This document shows, piece by piece, positions 26,556 to 36,688 of a stretch of DNA of 64,000 nt (its first letter is position 1; each line of letters starts with the position of its first letter). The position numbers and the translations under genes were made by a program. The stretch is from an archaeon (GTDB lineage Archaea; Nanobdellota; Nanobdellia; Pacearchaeales; GW2011-AR1): the NCBI GenBank assembly GCA_021107855.1, contig JAIORZ010000002.1, forward strand, positions 315,316 to 379,315, read 5' to 3'. The notes beneath the pieces are model-generated. The model did no database searches. It was not told where the DNA came from and saw nothing but the letters and a program-made list of their open reading frames with translations.

Positions 26556-27646
26556 TCGTGAATTTCAAATCGCAACAAGCCCGCAATACCACCCAAATTA
26601 TCAAACTGCACCCCTTCCGCAGTCTCATTCGTTACAACATAAACTTCCGTAGACGAAGCCCGCGCCAACTTTTCCATTTCTTTCAACTTTTCTCTTGAAA
26701 GTGATTTAGAAATAATTAATTTATCGACGGCACCTCGAATTAAACGGTCTTCTACTTCAGCTTGTCCATACGATACCTTATTCGGTTCTTTAGCCAACTT
26801 CTCAAAGAAGAGGTCTAAAATCTGCCGCTGTTTTGTGATTTCCTGCTCAGCCAGAACATCTTCTGAAACTTCTACTAATTCATGTAACCCATGCATTCCC
26901 GTTCCTCCTATGTCTTTCACCGCAATCACTTTTTCTTTTAATGCAGTCACTAACTGACCCTGAGTCAAAAACTCGTCTTTCGTCGGGATAGGTCCCCCCA
27001 CCAATATACCCTTGAGTTTCTTGTTATCCCAAAAATGAGCTTTCATATTTTCAGCAACACGCTTGAAAAATTCCTTCGCCGCAGACTCCCTTATCCTCGC
27101 AAATCTCTGAGCTGACTGCCCCCCACATTTAGTCTTCCCGGGTATCCCAGACGTCATATTTTGAAGAAGCCGAATATGTTTCCCATCTAAAAGTCCAATC
27201 GACGCCTCATTCCGTTCAATTATCAACAAACCATAAACCTCATCCGTCTCTAACATTTCCTTAAGTGGCTCCGTCACAAAAGTCTGGTCACACCGATAAA
27301 TTTTTATCTTAAGTTTTTTCGGTGGCTCAATTGCCCATATTTCTAGCGATTCTCTTCCATCAGCAAGTGTAACGTTCCCAGAGTATACCGCCAACCCATT
27401 TTCCGGAGTCCTCCCAATTTCTTTCAACTTTCGCACCGCGCGGTCAAGAGAAGCAATTACATTTTTCCGTGTAGCAGTTGATTTGATATTCGTCGCCGTC
27501 CCCTTTTCATCTTCAAGTTGTTTCGTTGTCTGAGTCAGGGTCGCACCAGCCGGCACCAAAACCGTAATTAATTCGGTGTGGCGACCACGATAGGATTCCA
27601 ATTCTTCTATTGTTGCTTCAAGTTCGTATTTTTGTGCTTCGTTCAT
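26552..27646 (-). CDS. prf1: Peptide chain release factor aRF1
   Basis: GRHTELIT, NIKS, YRCD, GGQSAQRF. Confidence 0.97.
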   Translation of the reverse strand: MNEAQKYELEATIEELESYRGRHTELITVLVPAGATLTQTTKQLEDEKGTATNIKSTATRKNVIASLDRAVRKLKEIGRTPENGLAVYSGNVTLADGRESLEIWAIEPPKKLKIKIYRCDQTFVTEPLKEMLETDEVYGLLIIERNEASIGLLDGKHIRLLQNMTSGIPGKTKCGGQSAQRFARIRESAAKEFFKRVAENMKAHFWDNKKLKGILVGGPIPTKDEFLTQGQLVTALKEKVIAVKDIGGTGMHGLHELVEVSEDVLAEQEITKQRQILDLFFEKLAKEPNKVSYGQAEVEDRLIRGAVDKLIISKSLSREKLKEMEKLARASSTEVYVVTNETAEGVQFDNLGGIAGLLRFEIHD

Positions 27647-27683
27647 AATAGTGTTAAAGAGAATTGATTTATAGGGCTTTGTG

Positions 27684-30068
27684 TCAGGCGAATTCTACTT
27701 TGAAATTGCCTTCTTTGATTTCTTTGGCTGCCGTTACTGCTTTAAAATCTTCTTTCATCCCCTCTATCGACTTTATTGCTTCAGACGGGAGAGTTAATAT
27801 AATTTCAGAGTTCATCGATATTTGTTTATTGGTTTTCTCTTGACGAACATTCGTAAGTAAACTACAAAATTCTATAAATGCTTGTGACTTTGGAGAACCT
27901 TCTTTATATTCCGGCCAAGACGTTATATGGATAGATTCTTTCTTCTCGGATTTCTTAAAGTAAGTTTGATAAATTTCTTCTGTAATAAATGGCGTTATTG
28001 GAGCAAAAAGTTTTAAAATTGTAAAAAGAGATTCTCGAAGCACATACTGTGCAGAAATCTTTTCATTGCCTGCTCCATTGTATATTCGTTTCTTTACTAT
28101 TTCTATATAATTGTCAGCAAATTCTTTAAAAAAGAATCTCTCAGTTATTTCTTTAGCATGAGAATAATTATATCTCTCAAAATGGTATGATACAAGTTCT
28201 ACTGCGTTTTCTAAATGCTTCAAAAATTCCTCATCTATTTTCTCCAATTTCTTAGGCTTCCCCCCATCATAATCTTCCAAATTCATAAACACGAACTTCG
28301 ACGCATTCCATAATTTTGTTATCAACTTCTTTCCCTTAACCAATTCAGCTTCTGGAAACGCAATATCATCTCCAAGCTTCGCCGCCGCACATAAATAACG
28401 CAGAGCATCAGCCCCGTGGTTCTTGATTGTCTCTTGCGGCGAAAGTCCATTACCCCTAGATTTTGCCATCTTCTTCCCATCTTTCCCCAAAATCCAGCCA
28501 TTTATCATCAATTCATCCCACGGATTCCTATTATGATGCAACCGAGATTTCACAATAGAATTAAAATCCCAAAATGTTATAATGTCGTGACCATTTCTTC
28601 TAATCGAAAAAGGTTTGTCTTTTATTTTGTCATAAACCGGAGTGCCTTTTAGAATATCTTTTGTAATGTCTGGTGTCAATGATGAAGTTGTCCAAGTATT
28701 CATAATATCAGTTTCTGGTATAAACTCCTTACAGCCACATTTCGGACATTTCGAAACTGGAGGAGAATCTTCCATCGGGTCTACCGGCAAATCTTTTTCG
28801 TCTGCCATAATCGACTCATCACATTCTTTACAATACCACACAGGAAACGGAATTCCAAACGGAATCTGCCTAGAAATACACCAGTCCCACTTCAAACCCT
28901 TGACCCAATTGATATATCTGTATTTCATGTGGTTCGGATGCCACTTAATTTCTTCTCCCCATTTAATCAAATCATCTTTTATATCGAGATATTTCACAAA
29001 CCATTGCGTTGAGTTAATAAATTCTATCGGAGTTTGACATCTTTCGTGAACATTAACATCGTGTGTTATCTCCTCCTGCTTTGTCAGAAGATTCGCTTTT
29101 TTCAAATCTTCAATAATTTGTTTCCTAGCTTCAACTATTTTCATACCCTCATACTTCCCTGCCAATTTTGTCATTTTACCATCGGGAGCTATCGCTTCTT
29201 TAATTTCTAACTTATGTTCCTTTTGCCATTCCATATCGGTTTGATCTCCAAAAGTACAACACATAACGACACCTGAGCCTTTTTCCGGGTCAGCCTTTTC
29301 ATCGGTCAAAACTGGAACTTGGAAATTGAAAAGTGGAACGGTTATTTGCTTTCCTACCAAACCCTTGTAACGTGAATCATTTGGATTTACAAAAATACAA
29401 ACACAGGCTGGCAAAAGTTCGGGACGAGTCGTTGAAATTGTTAAATCTTGGTCGTCTATTTTGAAAGTGATATCATTGAATGTTGTTTTTTTAGTTTCGT
29501 CCTCAAGTTCTACCTGTGCTATCGTAGTTTGGCATTCGGTACACCAGAGAGATGGAGCTTTGGTTCGATATTCTCTTCCTGCTTTGTAAAGGTCGATGAA
29601 AGATTTTTGTGAAATCCGGCGGGAACGAGCGTCAATTGTCGAATAAAACAAATCCCAATCTGAAGAAGTTCCTAATCGTTTCGCATCCGTAAGAAATTGC
29701 GGCACATATTCTTCCTTTATCGCCTTCAAACAAATCTCTATAAATTTCTTCCTCGTCATATTCTTCGCTTTGATGCCTTTTTCTTTTTCTACGAGTTTTA
29801 AAGTTGGGAGACCGTTGTCGTCTGTGCCGAATGGATTTAGAACATTGAAACCTTGCATCCTTTTGTATCTAGCTATGAAATCTTGCTGTGCATCTCCGAA
29901 CGCGTGTCCCATATGAAGCACCCCAGACACTGTCGGTGGAGGCGTATCAAATGAAAAAATTTCTTTGGTCGTGTCGCTCGAGTCGAATTTGAATATCTTT
30001 TTATCTTGCCAAAGCTGGATAATTCTTAGTTCCGCTTCTTCAAAATCGTAGCCTTTTGATTTTACCAT
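27684..30068 (-). CDS. valS: Valyl-tRNA synthetase (archaeal type)
   Basis: DTPPPTVSGVLHMGH, TTRPELL, DWCISRQ, KMAKS. Confidence 0.97.
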   Translation of the reverse strand: MVKSKGYDFEEAELRIIQLWQDKKIFKFDSSDTTKEIFSFDTPPPTVSGVLHMGHAFGDAQQDFIARYKRMQGFNVLNPFGTDDNGLPTLKLVEKEKGIKAKNMTRKKFIEICLKAIKEEYVPQFLTDAKRLGTSSDWDLFYSTIDARSRRISQKSFIDLYKAGREYRTKAPSLWCTECQTTIAQVELEDETKKTTFNDITFKIDDQDLTISTTRPELLPACVCIFVNPNDSRYKGLVGKQITVPLFNFQVPVLTDEKADPEKGSGVVMCCTFGDQTDMEWQKEHKLEIKEAIAPDGKMTKLAGKYEGMKIVEARKQIIEDLKKANLLTKQEEITHDVNVHERCQTPIEFINSTQWFVKYLDIKDDLIKWGEEIKWHPNHMKYRYINWVKGLKWDWCISRQIPFGIPFPVWYCKECDESIMADEKDLPVDPMEDSPPVSKCPKCGCKEFIPETDIMNTWTTSSLTPDITKDILKGTPVYDKIKDKPFSIRRNGHDIITFWDFNSIVKSRLHHNRNPWDELMINGWILGKDGKKMAKSRGNGLSPQETIKNHGADALRYLCAAAKLGDDIAFPEAELVKGKKLITKLWNASKFVFMNLEDYDGGKPKKLEKIDEEFLKHLENAVELVSYHFERYNYSHAKEITERFFFKEFADNYIEIVKKRIYNGAGNEKISAQYVLRESLFTILKLFAPITPFITEEIYQTYFKKSEKKESIHITSWPEYKEGSPKSQAFIEFCSLLTNVRQEKTNKQISMNSEIILTLPSEAIKSIEGMKEDFKAVTAAKEIKEGNFKVEFA

Positions 30069-30111
30069 AACAAAATGAGAGATGGGATGTTTTTAAAATT
30101 GGTGGTTTAAC

Positions 30112-30128
30112 AGAGAAAGTTTTATATA
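30112..30128 (+). promoter_or_regulatory. Archaeal BRE/TATA-like promoter of the bEBP-like gene
   Basis: AGAGAAAG followed by TTTATATA (30121-30128), about 21 nt before ATG 30150. Confidence 0.55.
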
Positions 30129-30149
30129 ATCTTTATTTATTGCTTCGAG

Positions 30150-31115
30150 ATGACTACTGATTTTATTGGAGAATCGAAGGAGATTTGTGCAGTTAATAAG
30201 GATATCGAGATGTATGGCCCCACGGACCTCACAATTTTAATTACTGGGGAAACCGGAACAGGTAAAGAGCTTGTAGCTAATCTTCTTTTTGAAAATAGTC
30301 TTAAGGAAAATAGTGAAATTCTCATAACGAAAAACTGCGCTACCATAAGAGAAGAATTAGCGGAAAGTGAATTCTTTGGACACATAAAAGGGTCCTTCAC
30401 CGGCGCAGATGAAATTCGAGAAGGTATATTTGAAAAAGCAGAGAAAGGGACAATCTTCCTCGACGAGATACACCATCTTTCAAACCCTATTCTTGCCAAA
30501 TTGCTTCGAGTTGCAGAAGAAAAACCGTTCAATCGTATTGGGTGCAATGAAGACAGATATAGTGGAGCTAGGCTCATCTTAGCTGGGTCTCCTTCTGAGA
30601 ATAGCATAGGAAATATTCCCGAGATGCCCAAGGAATTTGGCTATAGATTAAAAAAAATAATAGAACTTCCTCCATTGAGAGAAAGAGGGCGCGATATTTC
30701 TTTGCTTACCCATCATTTTGTAGATAAATTTGAAAAGAAATATAATAAAGAAATTAAAATTAATGAAGGGGATTTTAACAGATTGATTAAATATAATTGG
30801 CCTGGAAATGTTCGGCAGATGGAAAATGCTATTGAAAGATATGCTATATCTGGGAAACTAAATTTTCAGGAATTTTATGCGTCTGGGACAGAAGGAAACG
30901 GAAACTTTCTCTCCTTAGAAGATATTGCTAATCAATTTTACAAAAAATGTAGAACGGAGGGAATAAACATGGGAAAAGAGGGCAAACTCGCAAAAAAGAT
31001 GATCGAATCTCAATTATTCACTTACTTACTTGAAGAAAATAATGGCAATAGATCTAAAGTAGCTGAAATTTTAGGTATTAATACTAGAACTATTTCTAAT
31101 AGATTAAAAAATTAG
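30150..31115 (+). CDS. Sigma-54-interacting (NtrC-type) AAA+ protein with Fis-type HTH and no receiver domain
   Basis: GETGTGKE, ESEFFGHIKGSFTGA, GTIFLDEI, LPPLRER, WPGNVRQ, C-terminal GNRSKVAEILGINTRTI. Confidence 0.93.
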   Translation: MTTDFIGESKEICAVNKDIEMYGPTDLTILITGETGTGKELVANLLFENSLKENSEILITKNCATIREELAESEFFGHIKGSFTGADEIREGIFEKAEKGTIFLDEIHHLSNPILAKLLRVAEEKPFNRIGCNEDRYSGARLILAGSPSENSIGNIPEMPKEFGYRLKKIIELPPLRERGRDISLLTHHFVDKFEKKYNKEIKINEGDFNRLIKYNWPGNVRQMENAIERYAISGKLNFQEFYASGTEGNGNFLSLEDIANQFYKKCRTEGINMGKEGKLAKKMIESQLFTYLLEENNGNRSKVAEILGINTRTISNRLKN

Positions 31116-31167
31116 ACTATCCTTTTAATTATGATAACTATTTATATTCAAAAATTATTATCTTTCT

Positions 31168-31767
31168 ATGTTAAAAAATAAGAAACTAAAAATTCTAGCA
31201 GCCGGAGATATACATGGAGATTTTGATATTGCGAAAAAATTATCAAAGAAAGGGAAGAAGGGAAAGGTAGATTTAGTTGTCCTAGCCGGAGATATTTATG
31301 GATACAGTGGAGAAGGTGAAGGAATTTTAAGTCCATTCAAAGAGGCGGGACAAAAGGTTGTTTTTGTTCCTGGAAATTTGGATTTTGATAAGAATTTGGA
31401 AGACTTGGGTAGAGTTGGGAAAAATATTGATAATTATTATGTAAGTTATGGTGGAATTGGAATTGTGGGAATTGGGAGTCCGAATTGGAAATTGAGTTTG
31501 AACGAGGAAGATTTAAAATCAATTAAGCGGAATTTTTCTAGAATGAGAAATAAGAAAAAGATATTGGTTTCGCATCTGCATGCTGAAGGAACGAAAGCGG
31601 AATTTTCGGGAGTGCCAGGCGAGAAGGTTTTGCGGGAAGCGGTCGAGGAGTTCAAACCAGACTTATTAATTGCAGCACATATTCATGAAGGGGAAGGCAT
31701 CGAGGACAAAATCGGGACAACGAGGGTGATTCAGGTTGGGAAGAAAGGAAAAATTTTAGAAATTTAA
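31168..31767 (+). CDS. Calcineurin-like metallophosphoesterase
   Basis: GDIHG, LAGD, PGNLD, SH, AHIHE. Confidence 0.9.
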   Translation: MLKNKKLKILAAGDIHGDFDIAKKLSKKGKKGKVDLVVLAGDIYGYSGEGEGILSPFKEAGQKVVFVPGNLDFDKNLEDLGRVGKNIDNYYVSYGGIGIVGIGSPNWKLSLNEEDLKSIKRNFSRMRNKKKILVSHLHAEGTKAEFSGVPGEKVLREAVEEFKPDLLIAAHIHEGEGIEDKIGTTRVIQVGKKGKILEI

Positions 31768-32696
31768 ACAGCCACCGCCACGCCAGATACATTATACAAC
31801 GCCAGATGATTATCTTCATCATCAAGAATCAAATTAGCAACTGGAGGGATTGTATACTTCTGCGGGTCAGATGCAGAAAAATAAATATAATCAATTACAG
31901 ATTTATATTTCACTGTAATTCCCCTATCAATTAATTCTTGTGGGTATACCATCGACTCAACCCCATTTGAGTCAGAAGTTAAGTTTCCCTGAAGCCTCAT
32001 CAAAAAATTTGGAGCTGAAGTTGAAGATTTATAAAACGAATTTTGAAAATGGTCTGTGAGGTTTGTGTAGTCTGCACCTGTGACGAAAATTTGATATGGA
32101 GTTTGGTTAACTTTATTGATAACTTTGCCCTGGGTATTAAGTGAGTAGAGCGGATCTTCGAAATTATTGATTGGAATTATGGAACTTATTGACGCTGACC
32201 TATTCCACGATGCAAGATTACTTTTGTCCTCTATAATAAGAGTCATATTAAGTGTAACCTTCAAATTCCATGGACCCGATTGCGCAATAGAAAATGTCGG
32301 GTTCTGAAGTTGTATCTGCGCATTGATTTTGTCGGCATTATCTGTCAGAAAATTTTGGATACTCAAAAACGTCGCATCATCCATCAAATCCTGGGATGTC
32401 CCATCAAGTGTGCCGTTGAAAAAAAGCTCATTTAGCGAAGCATTAACATCTGTAATATACTGCCCTGTATCTAAAATATTTTTTTCCATCAAAAATATCG
32501 CTCGGTATCCCGAAATAAAAATTTGTCTCGGGAGGTCTCGTTCTACAGATGTAATAAAATTATTGAGCGTCGTAATCCTTTTATTTATCACGACGTTGTC
32601 TTGTACCAAACTATAAGCGCCATACGAAATCGCAAAAAGAGATATAATCGTTATTGTTATGAGTGTGAACATCATGCCCCTTTCCCCTATTGCCAT
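31764..32696 (-). CDS. Class III signal-peptide (pilin-like) protein
   Basis: MAIGERG/MMFTLITITII N-terminus; Asn/Thr-rich extracellular body. Confidence 0.7.
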   Translation of the reverse strand: MAIGERGMMFTLITITIISLFAISYGAYSLVQDNVVINKRITTLNNFITSVERDLPRQIFISGYRAIFLMEKNILDTGQYITDVNASLNELFFNGTLDGTSQDLMDDATFLSIQNFLTDNADKINAQIQLQNPTFSIAQSGPWNLKVTLNMTLIIEDKSNLASWNRSASISSIIPINNFEDPLYSLNTQGKVINKVNQTPYQIFVTGADYTNLTDHFQNSFYKSSTSAPNFLMRLQGNLTSDSNGVESMVYPQELIDRGITVKYKSVIDYIYFSASDPQKYTIPPVANLILDDEDNHLALYNVSGVAVAV

Positions 32697-35209
32697 TTTC
32701 TTATTTGCGCCTCCGTTGAGAATAAAAATGGCACGCCTTCAAGATTCGATGTCGTAACTTGCATGTTGTCTTGAGAAAGTTCCACATCAATGACCCCATC
32801 GAGGTCAAAATCGAGAAGTTTGAAAAGATTGTATGTCGCAACTTGTGTCGCATCAGTTGCACCTTCGCAATCTGCATAAATGTCACAATATTTTTCTGAT
32901 GATGTATATTTACAATCTTCGACACCTGCGTAATCTGCGGGAACATCCATCGTTAAATTATAACCATCAAATTGGATTGTCCAATTACATCCTGTTGCAG
33001 TTGCGGAAACCGAGGTATACGAAGAGAGTTCTTTTGAGATAGTGTAGATGATTTTGTTGTTGATAGAGCCATCACTTAGATTATCTGGAGAGAGTCCAGT
33101 TTTTAATTCTAAAGTGTTGTTGTCTTGGGTTAATTGTGGTGGGATATCGATTGAATATGGGTCTCCCAATCTCAGAAAATCGGTTTCATAGGCACTTAAA
33201 TTGTATACACTTACATTATTTATAATCACATCAGTTGTCCATCTCGGTCCAGAATAAGATATAGCATTTGCTTCTATCAGCGTCGAATTTGCAGGAAGCG
33301 TGAAAGTTGCAATTCCGGGAGAACTAAAAGACTCTTCAATCGTCGTGATAAGCCCAACCGGCGCGGGACGTTCCACATATTCAAATTCTATATATGAATC
33401 TGAGTATAACTGTGAAAAGAAATCCCCCGTGACCTCTACTGTCTGTTCGTAATATGCAGTTTCTATCAATTCCTCCGCAATTTTCTCATAAATTTCCTCT
33501 AAATCATCAACCGCACTATAGAAACTCCCGTCGGCACAAGATGCCATTCCAGTTAAAGTCGCGACATTGGCACCTGCACCAAATCCAATCGTATAAACTT
33601 TTATCCCGTGGTCATTGTAAGCATCGCATGCAGAGTCTATAGCATCCTGATTCGCACTCCCCGTTCCCTGTTGAGCACATTGCACGGTCGCATCTCCATC
33701 GCTCATCACCACTAAAGACCTAAATTTGTCCGATGTCGAATTCGCCACCATCCCATCTACGGCCGCGTTTACTCCACAACAGATACACGTTCCTCCTCCC
33801 GCACTCCACGAACTAACTTCAGATTTCAGAGAGGTCGTATCATTTGAGAGTGGATGGTAGTTTGAACTTGATACACTATTTGAATATGCGGCAAGTCCAA
33901 CTCTGTTGTCCGTAGCGTTGAGAATCATATCTATAAACAAATCATTTGCATCCTTAGCATCTTGGATTTTATTTTCTAACACCCCGCCACAAGCAGTGCA
34001 CTCAGCCTCAATCGTACAATCATTGACCCAACAACACCACCATGGACTCGCTCCAGTACAACCGGCCTGCATACTACCCGAAATATCAGTTACCGAGAAA
34101 ACATCAATGTCTCTAGAATTATTTATTACATAATCCATGTCGTCCATTCCAAATCTTAAGGGAACCGTCGTCTCGCTCAAATTTTGATAATCCAATAAGC
34201 CGCCGAGTGTTGAGTTGGAAATCGTTATTGTTGTACCATTTGATGTTGAATTAAAAACTTGTGTTTTCCCAAGAGCCAAAAATGTATTGACAGAATTGTT
34301 AAAATGGAGAGAGATTGTTAGGGACGTCAAATTACCTGGAATGTAAAACCCGTCGTAGAGATTTATAATTCCAGTGATTCCTGGGAAATAATACCGGCTT
34401 GGTTGTTGATATGTAACTTCACTGTCATATGTTATTTTTACAAACCCGCCAGCAACGTGTAAACTTTGACCTTTTATTTGGAGCGTATTTGTTCCAGATG
34501 TAAAGAAAGATGTGTTTATTGAATAAGATACTGATGTAATGTCATCTGGGGATTTTGAAAAATTTCCGGCGCTGATGCTGTTAATAAAGATTTCAAAATC
34601 ATCAGAAATAGCCAGTTCTATTTTTGCCGACGTTATATTTCCTTGATAGTTTATTTCTGTCGTTATATTCCCCTCTCCAACATACCCTCCGAAATAAACA
34701 TATTCCGTCCGCGCGCTACTTGAAAGAAACGCTCGACTTGAAAACCCTGTCGCTCCGCCACTGCCACCAATCCCACTTATAGTCTGTCTTTCTATGGAAA
34801 CATCTTGCGCAGTTTCAAATGGTGTAATATTTCTTGATGCCAGTAACGTTGTGCCAAACCAAATCCCGATATTTTCATTCGGATTTATAGGAGAAAGTAT
34901 TTCCTCCGCCAACGCCTTCGCTATCGTCGTATTAGTCACATAGAATTCCCCTATTTGGTCTATAACAGATTTGTTCGGGTCGGAAATTTTCCCCTCGGAC
35001 AAAAGTTGCTTAGCATATGTATTATCGAAATCCTTAATCTTCAACGAGCTGATTGCCTGAAGAATATCTGCAGATGTCTGAGAATGTCTCTGTGTTTGCT
35101 CTAATGTCGGGATGATTGTTATTACTGTTACAATTATGATTGTCAATGCGATGAGCGCATCTATTGTAAAAAATTGAGCGCGATTATCGATACTTTTTAT
35201 TCTTCCCAT
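32687..35209 (-). CDS. Class III signal-peptide protein with vWA domain (putative pilus adhesin)
   Basis: NRA/QFFTIDALIAL; MIDAS DISGSM...GGT...MSDG, YTIGFG; Cys-rich inserts. Confidence 0.85.
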   Translation of the reverse strand: MGRIKSIDNRAQFFTIDALIALTIIIVTVITIIPTLEQTQRHSQTSADILQAISSLKIKDFDNTYAKQLLSEGKISDPNKSVIDQIGEFYVTNTTIAKALAEEILSPINPNENIGIWFGTTLLASRNITPFETAQDVSIERQTISGIGGSGGATGFSSRAFLSSSARTEYVYFGGYVGEGNITTEINYQGNITSAKIELAISDDFEIFINSISAGNFSKSPDDITSVSYSINTSFFTSGTNTLQIKGQSLHVAGGFVKITYDSEVTYQQPSRYYFPGITGIINLYDGFYIPGNLTSLTISLHFNNSVNTFLALGKTQVFNSTSNGTTITISNSTLGGLLDYQNLSETTVPLRFGMDDMDYVINNSRDIDVFSVTDISGSMQAGCTGASPWWCCWVNDCTIEAECTACGGVLENKIQDAKDANDLFIDMILNATDNRVGLAAYSNSVSSSNYHPLSNDTTSLKSEVSSWSAGGGTCICCGVNAAVDGMVANSTSDKFRSLVVMSDGDATVQCAQQGTGSANQDAIDSACDAYNDHGIKVYTIGFGAGANVATLTGMASCADGSFYSAVDDLEEIYEKIAEELIETAYYEQTVEVTGDFFSQLYSDSYIEFEYVERPAPVGLITTIEESFSSPGIATFTLPANSTLIEANAISYSGPRWTTDVIINNVSVYNLSAYETDFLRLGDPYSIDIPPQLTQDNNTLELKTGLSPDNLSDGSINNKIIYTISKELSSYTSVSATATGCNWTIQFDGYNLTMDVPADYAGVEDCKYTSSEKYCDIYADCEGATDATQVATYNLFKLLDFDLDGVIDVELSQDNMQVTTSNLEGVPFLFSTEAQIRKWQ

Positions 35210-35712
35210 GTGTAAATGTAGAGTGGTGTTGTTTTATTTTGGTAGACCGTATATCTTGTTGTCTTAATCAGATTCTTTGCCGTAACATTATCTATGGTCG
35301 CACCGGGTTTCCCAATACCTAAAACCTGAGTTGAATTGACTGTCATATTTTCATCTAGAAAAAAATAATATTCATATTGGGTATTAAGAAGATGTTTTGT
35401 AAGGGTATAATTATTTTGGACGTAAATCATTTCGTAGAGTTGTTCAAGTTTTGTTTGATTAATGATATTACCGTCGGTGATTCCTATCGTGACCACATTA
35501 GTTAAGTTCCATTTTTCCGGATAGCCAGATGCCATGAGATTATTAGCAACAATATTTCCTTCATAAGACAAAAGTTCAAATGTATCTTGAGTTTGACCTG
35601 GTTGATTCAAAGAGTAAACAAAAAAAATTACTATACCAACTAAGAAAAGTGTCATTCCTGCTAGTAGGTCGAAACTCCAAATTTGCGCACGAGAATGAAT
35701 TCTGTGTTCCAT
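35197..35712 (-). CDS. Class III signal-peptide (pilin-like) protein
   Basis: SRA/QIWSFDLLAGMTLF; GYPEKW. Confidence 0.78.
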   Translation of the reverse strand: MEHRIHSRAQIWSFDLLAGMTLFLVGIVIFFVYSLNQPGQTQDTFELLSYEGNIVANNLMASGYPEKWNLTNVVTIGITDGNIINQTKLEQLYEMIYVQNNYTLTKHLLNTQYEYYFFLDENMTVNSTQVLGIGKPGATIDNVTAKNLIKTTRYTVYQNKTTPLYIYTWEE

Positions 35713-35716
35713 TTTA

Positions 35717-36121
35717 CTAATTAAGATAGACTACCCCAGATATTTTTTTTATTTTATTATACGTTTTGTTGACGTTTCCGATGACCTCTGGTGACGGGAC
35801 TGTCAATGCGTGACGAAGTGGAGTTGTTTTGATGTAGATTATTTTGTTGTCTATTGTTATTTCGTAATCTAAATTACCCGCTTTTTCTGGGAGGTCGAAT
35901 TCGCGTAAATATCCATCACCTGATTCTACGGCGAGATTGATTTCATTCTGAACCGTTAATGCAATATCTTTCAAAAGAATATTTTCTTTTTTGTAAGATT
36001 CTTCCGACGTATCTTGCTGAATTACTAAAAGAAAAAGCGCGGTGAAAAACATTACCGCTCCGACAATCATCATAAATTCTATGCCAACTTGAGCACGACA
36101 AGAGTGTATTCTATATTTCAT
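35717..36121 (-). CDS. Class III signal-peptide (pilin-like) protein
   Basis: CRA/QVGIEFMMIV with +5 Glu; GDGYLREFDLP. Confidence 0.8.
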   Translation of the reverse strand: MKYRIHSCRAQVGIEFMMIVGAVMFFTALFLLVIQQDTSEESYKKENILLKDIALTVQNEINLAVESGDGYLREFDLPEKAGNLDYEITIDNKIIYIKTTPLRHALTVPSPEVIGNVNKTYNKIKKISGVVYLN

Positions 36122-36122
36122 T

Positions 36123-36554
36123 TTAATTTTCTTCAATTAACGCGTGAGTTTGGTTCGCCGTAATAGTTAAAATTTTTAATCCGGAGTTAGCGGAGATTTC
36201 TTTTGTTGGAATTTCTATGATTGGGACATCACTTGAAAAAGAGGCCTTGTTTTGACCGCTCGTTAGGTGATATGTGACTACAATTGTATCGTTGATTATT
36301 TCCACGGCGCTGATTCCTTCAGGTAAATGCACCGATATTGTTGCCTTGGATGGTTCGCCAGAATAAAAGACGATTTCAGATGTCGAGGTAATTTTATTTA
36401 CGAAATTTGAAATTTGAGTCGATTTAATTCTGTCGTTAATTGTTCCACTGTAAAAATACCCTATGCCGAGGATTCCGATTATAACAAATGTTAGGAAACC
36501 CATAAGAATCAGAAACTCCATGCTAGACTGAGCGGTTTTATTTTTGCGTATCAT
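36123..36554 (-). CDS. Class III signal-peptide (pilin-like) protein
   Basis: KTA/QSSMEFLILMG with +5 Glu. Confidence 0.8.
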   Translation of the reverse strand: MIRKNKTAQSSMEFLILMGFLTFVIIGILGIGYFYSGTINDRIKSTQISNFVNKITSTSEIVFYSGEPSKATISVHLPEGISAVEIINDTIVVTYHLTSGQNKASFSSDVPIIEIPTKEISANSGLKILTITANQTHALIEEN

Positions 36555-36688
36555 CTCTTTTTTTTAACTAGAGAATTTAGTTAATAAAGTTGTTGAAATC
36601 TATAGGGACATCATATATCTCTAAAGCCACAATTATTCATAACACTAAGCTCCAATAAAACTTATAAATAAAATTATCATGAATAATC

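Noticed and set aside
36555-36630. Inverted repeats TTAACTA-N7-TAGTTAA and CTATAGGGACAT-cat-ATATCTCTAAAG near the skew switch as a possible dif site or operator
   Set aside because: Short or imperfect in AT-rich divergent-promoter DNA, and the spacing does not fit an 11-6-11 dif layout.
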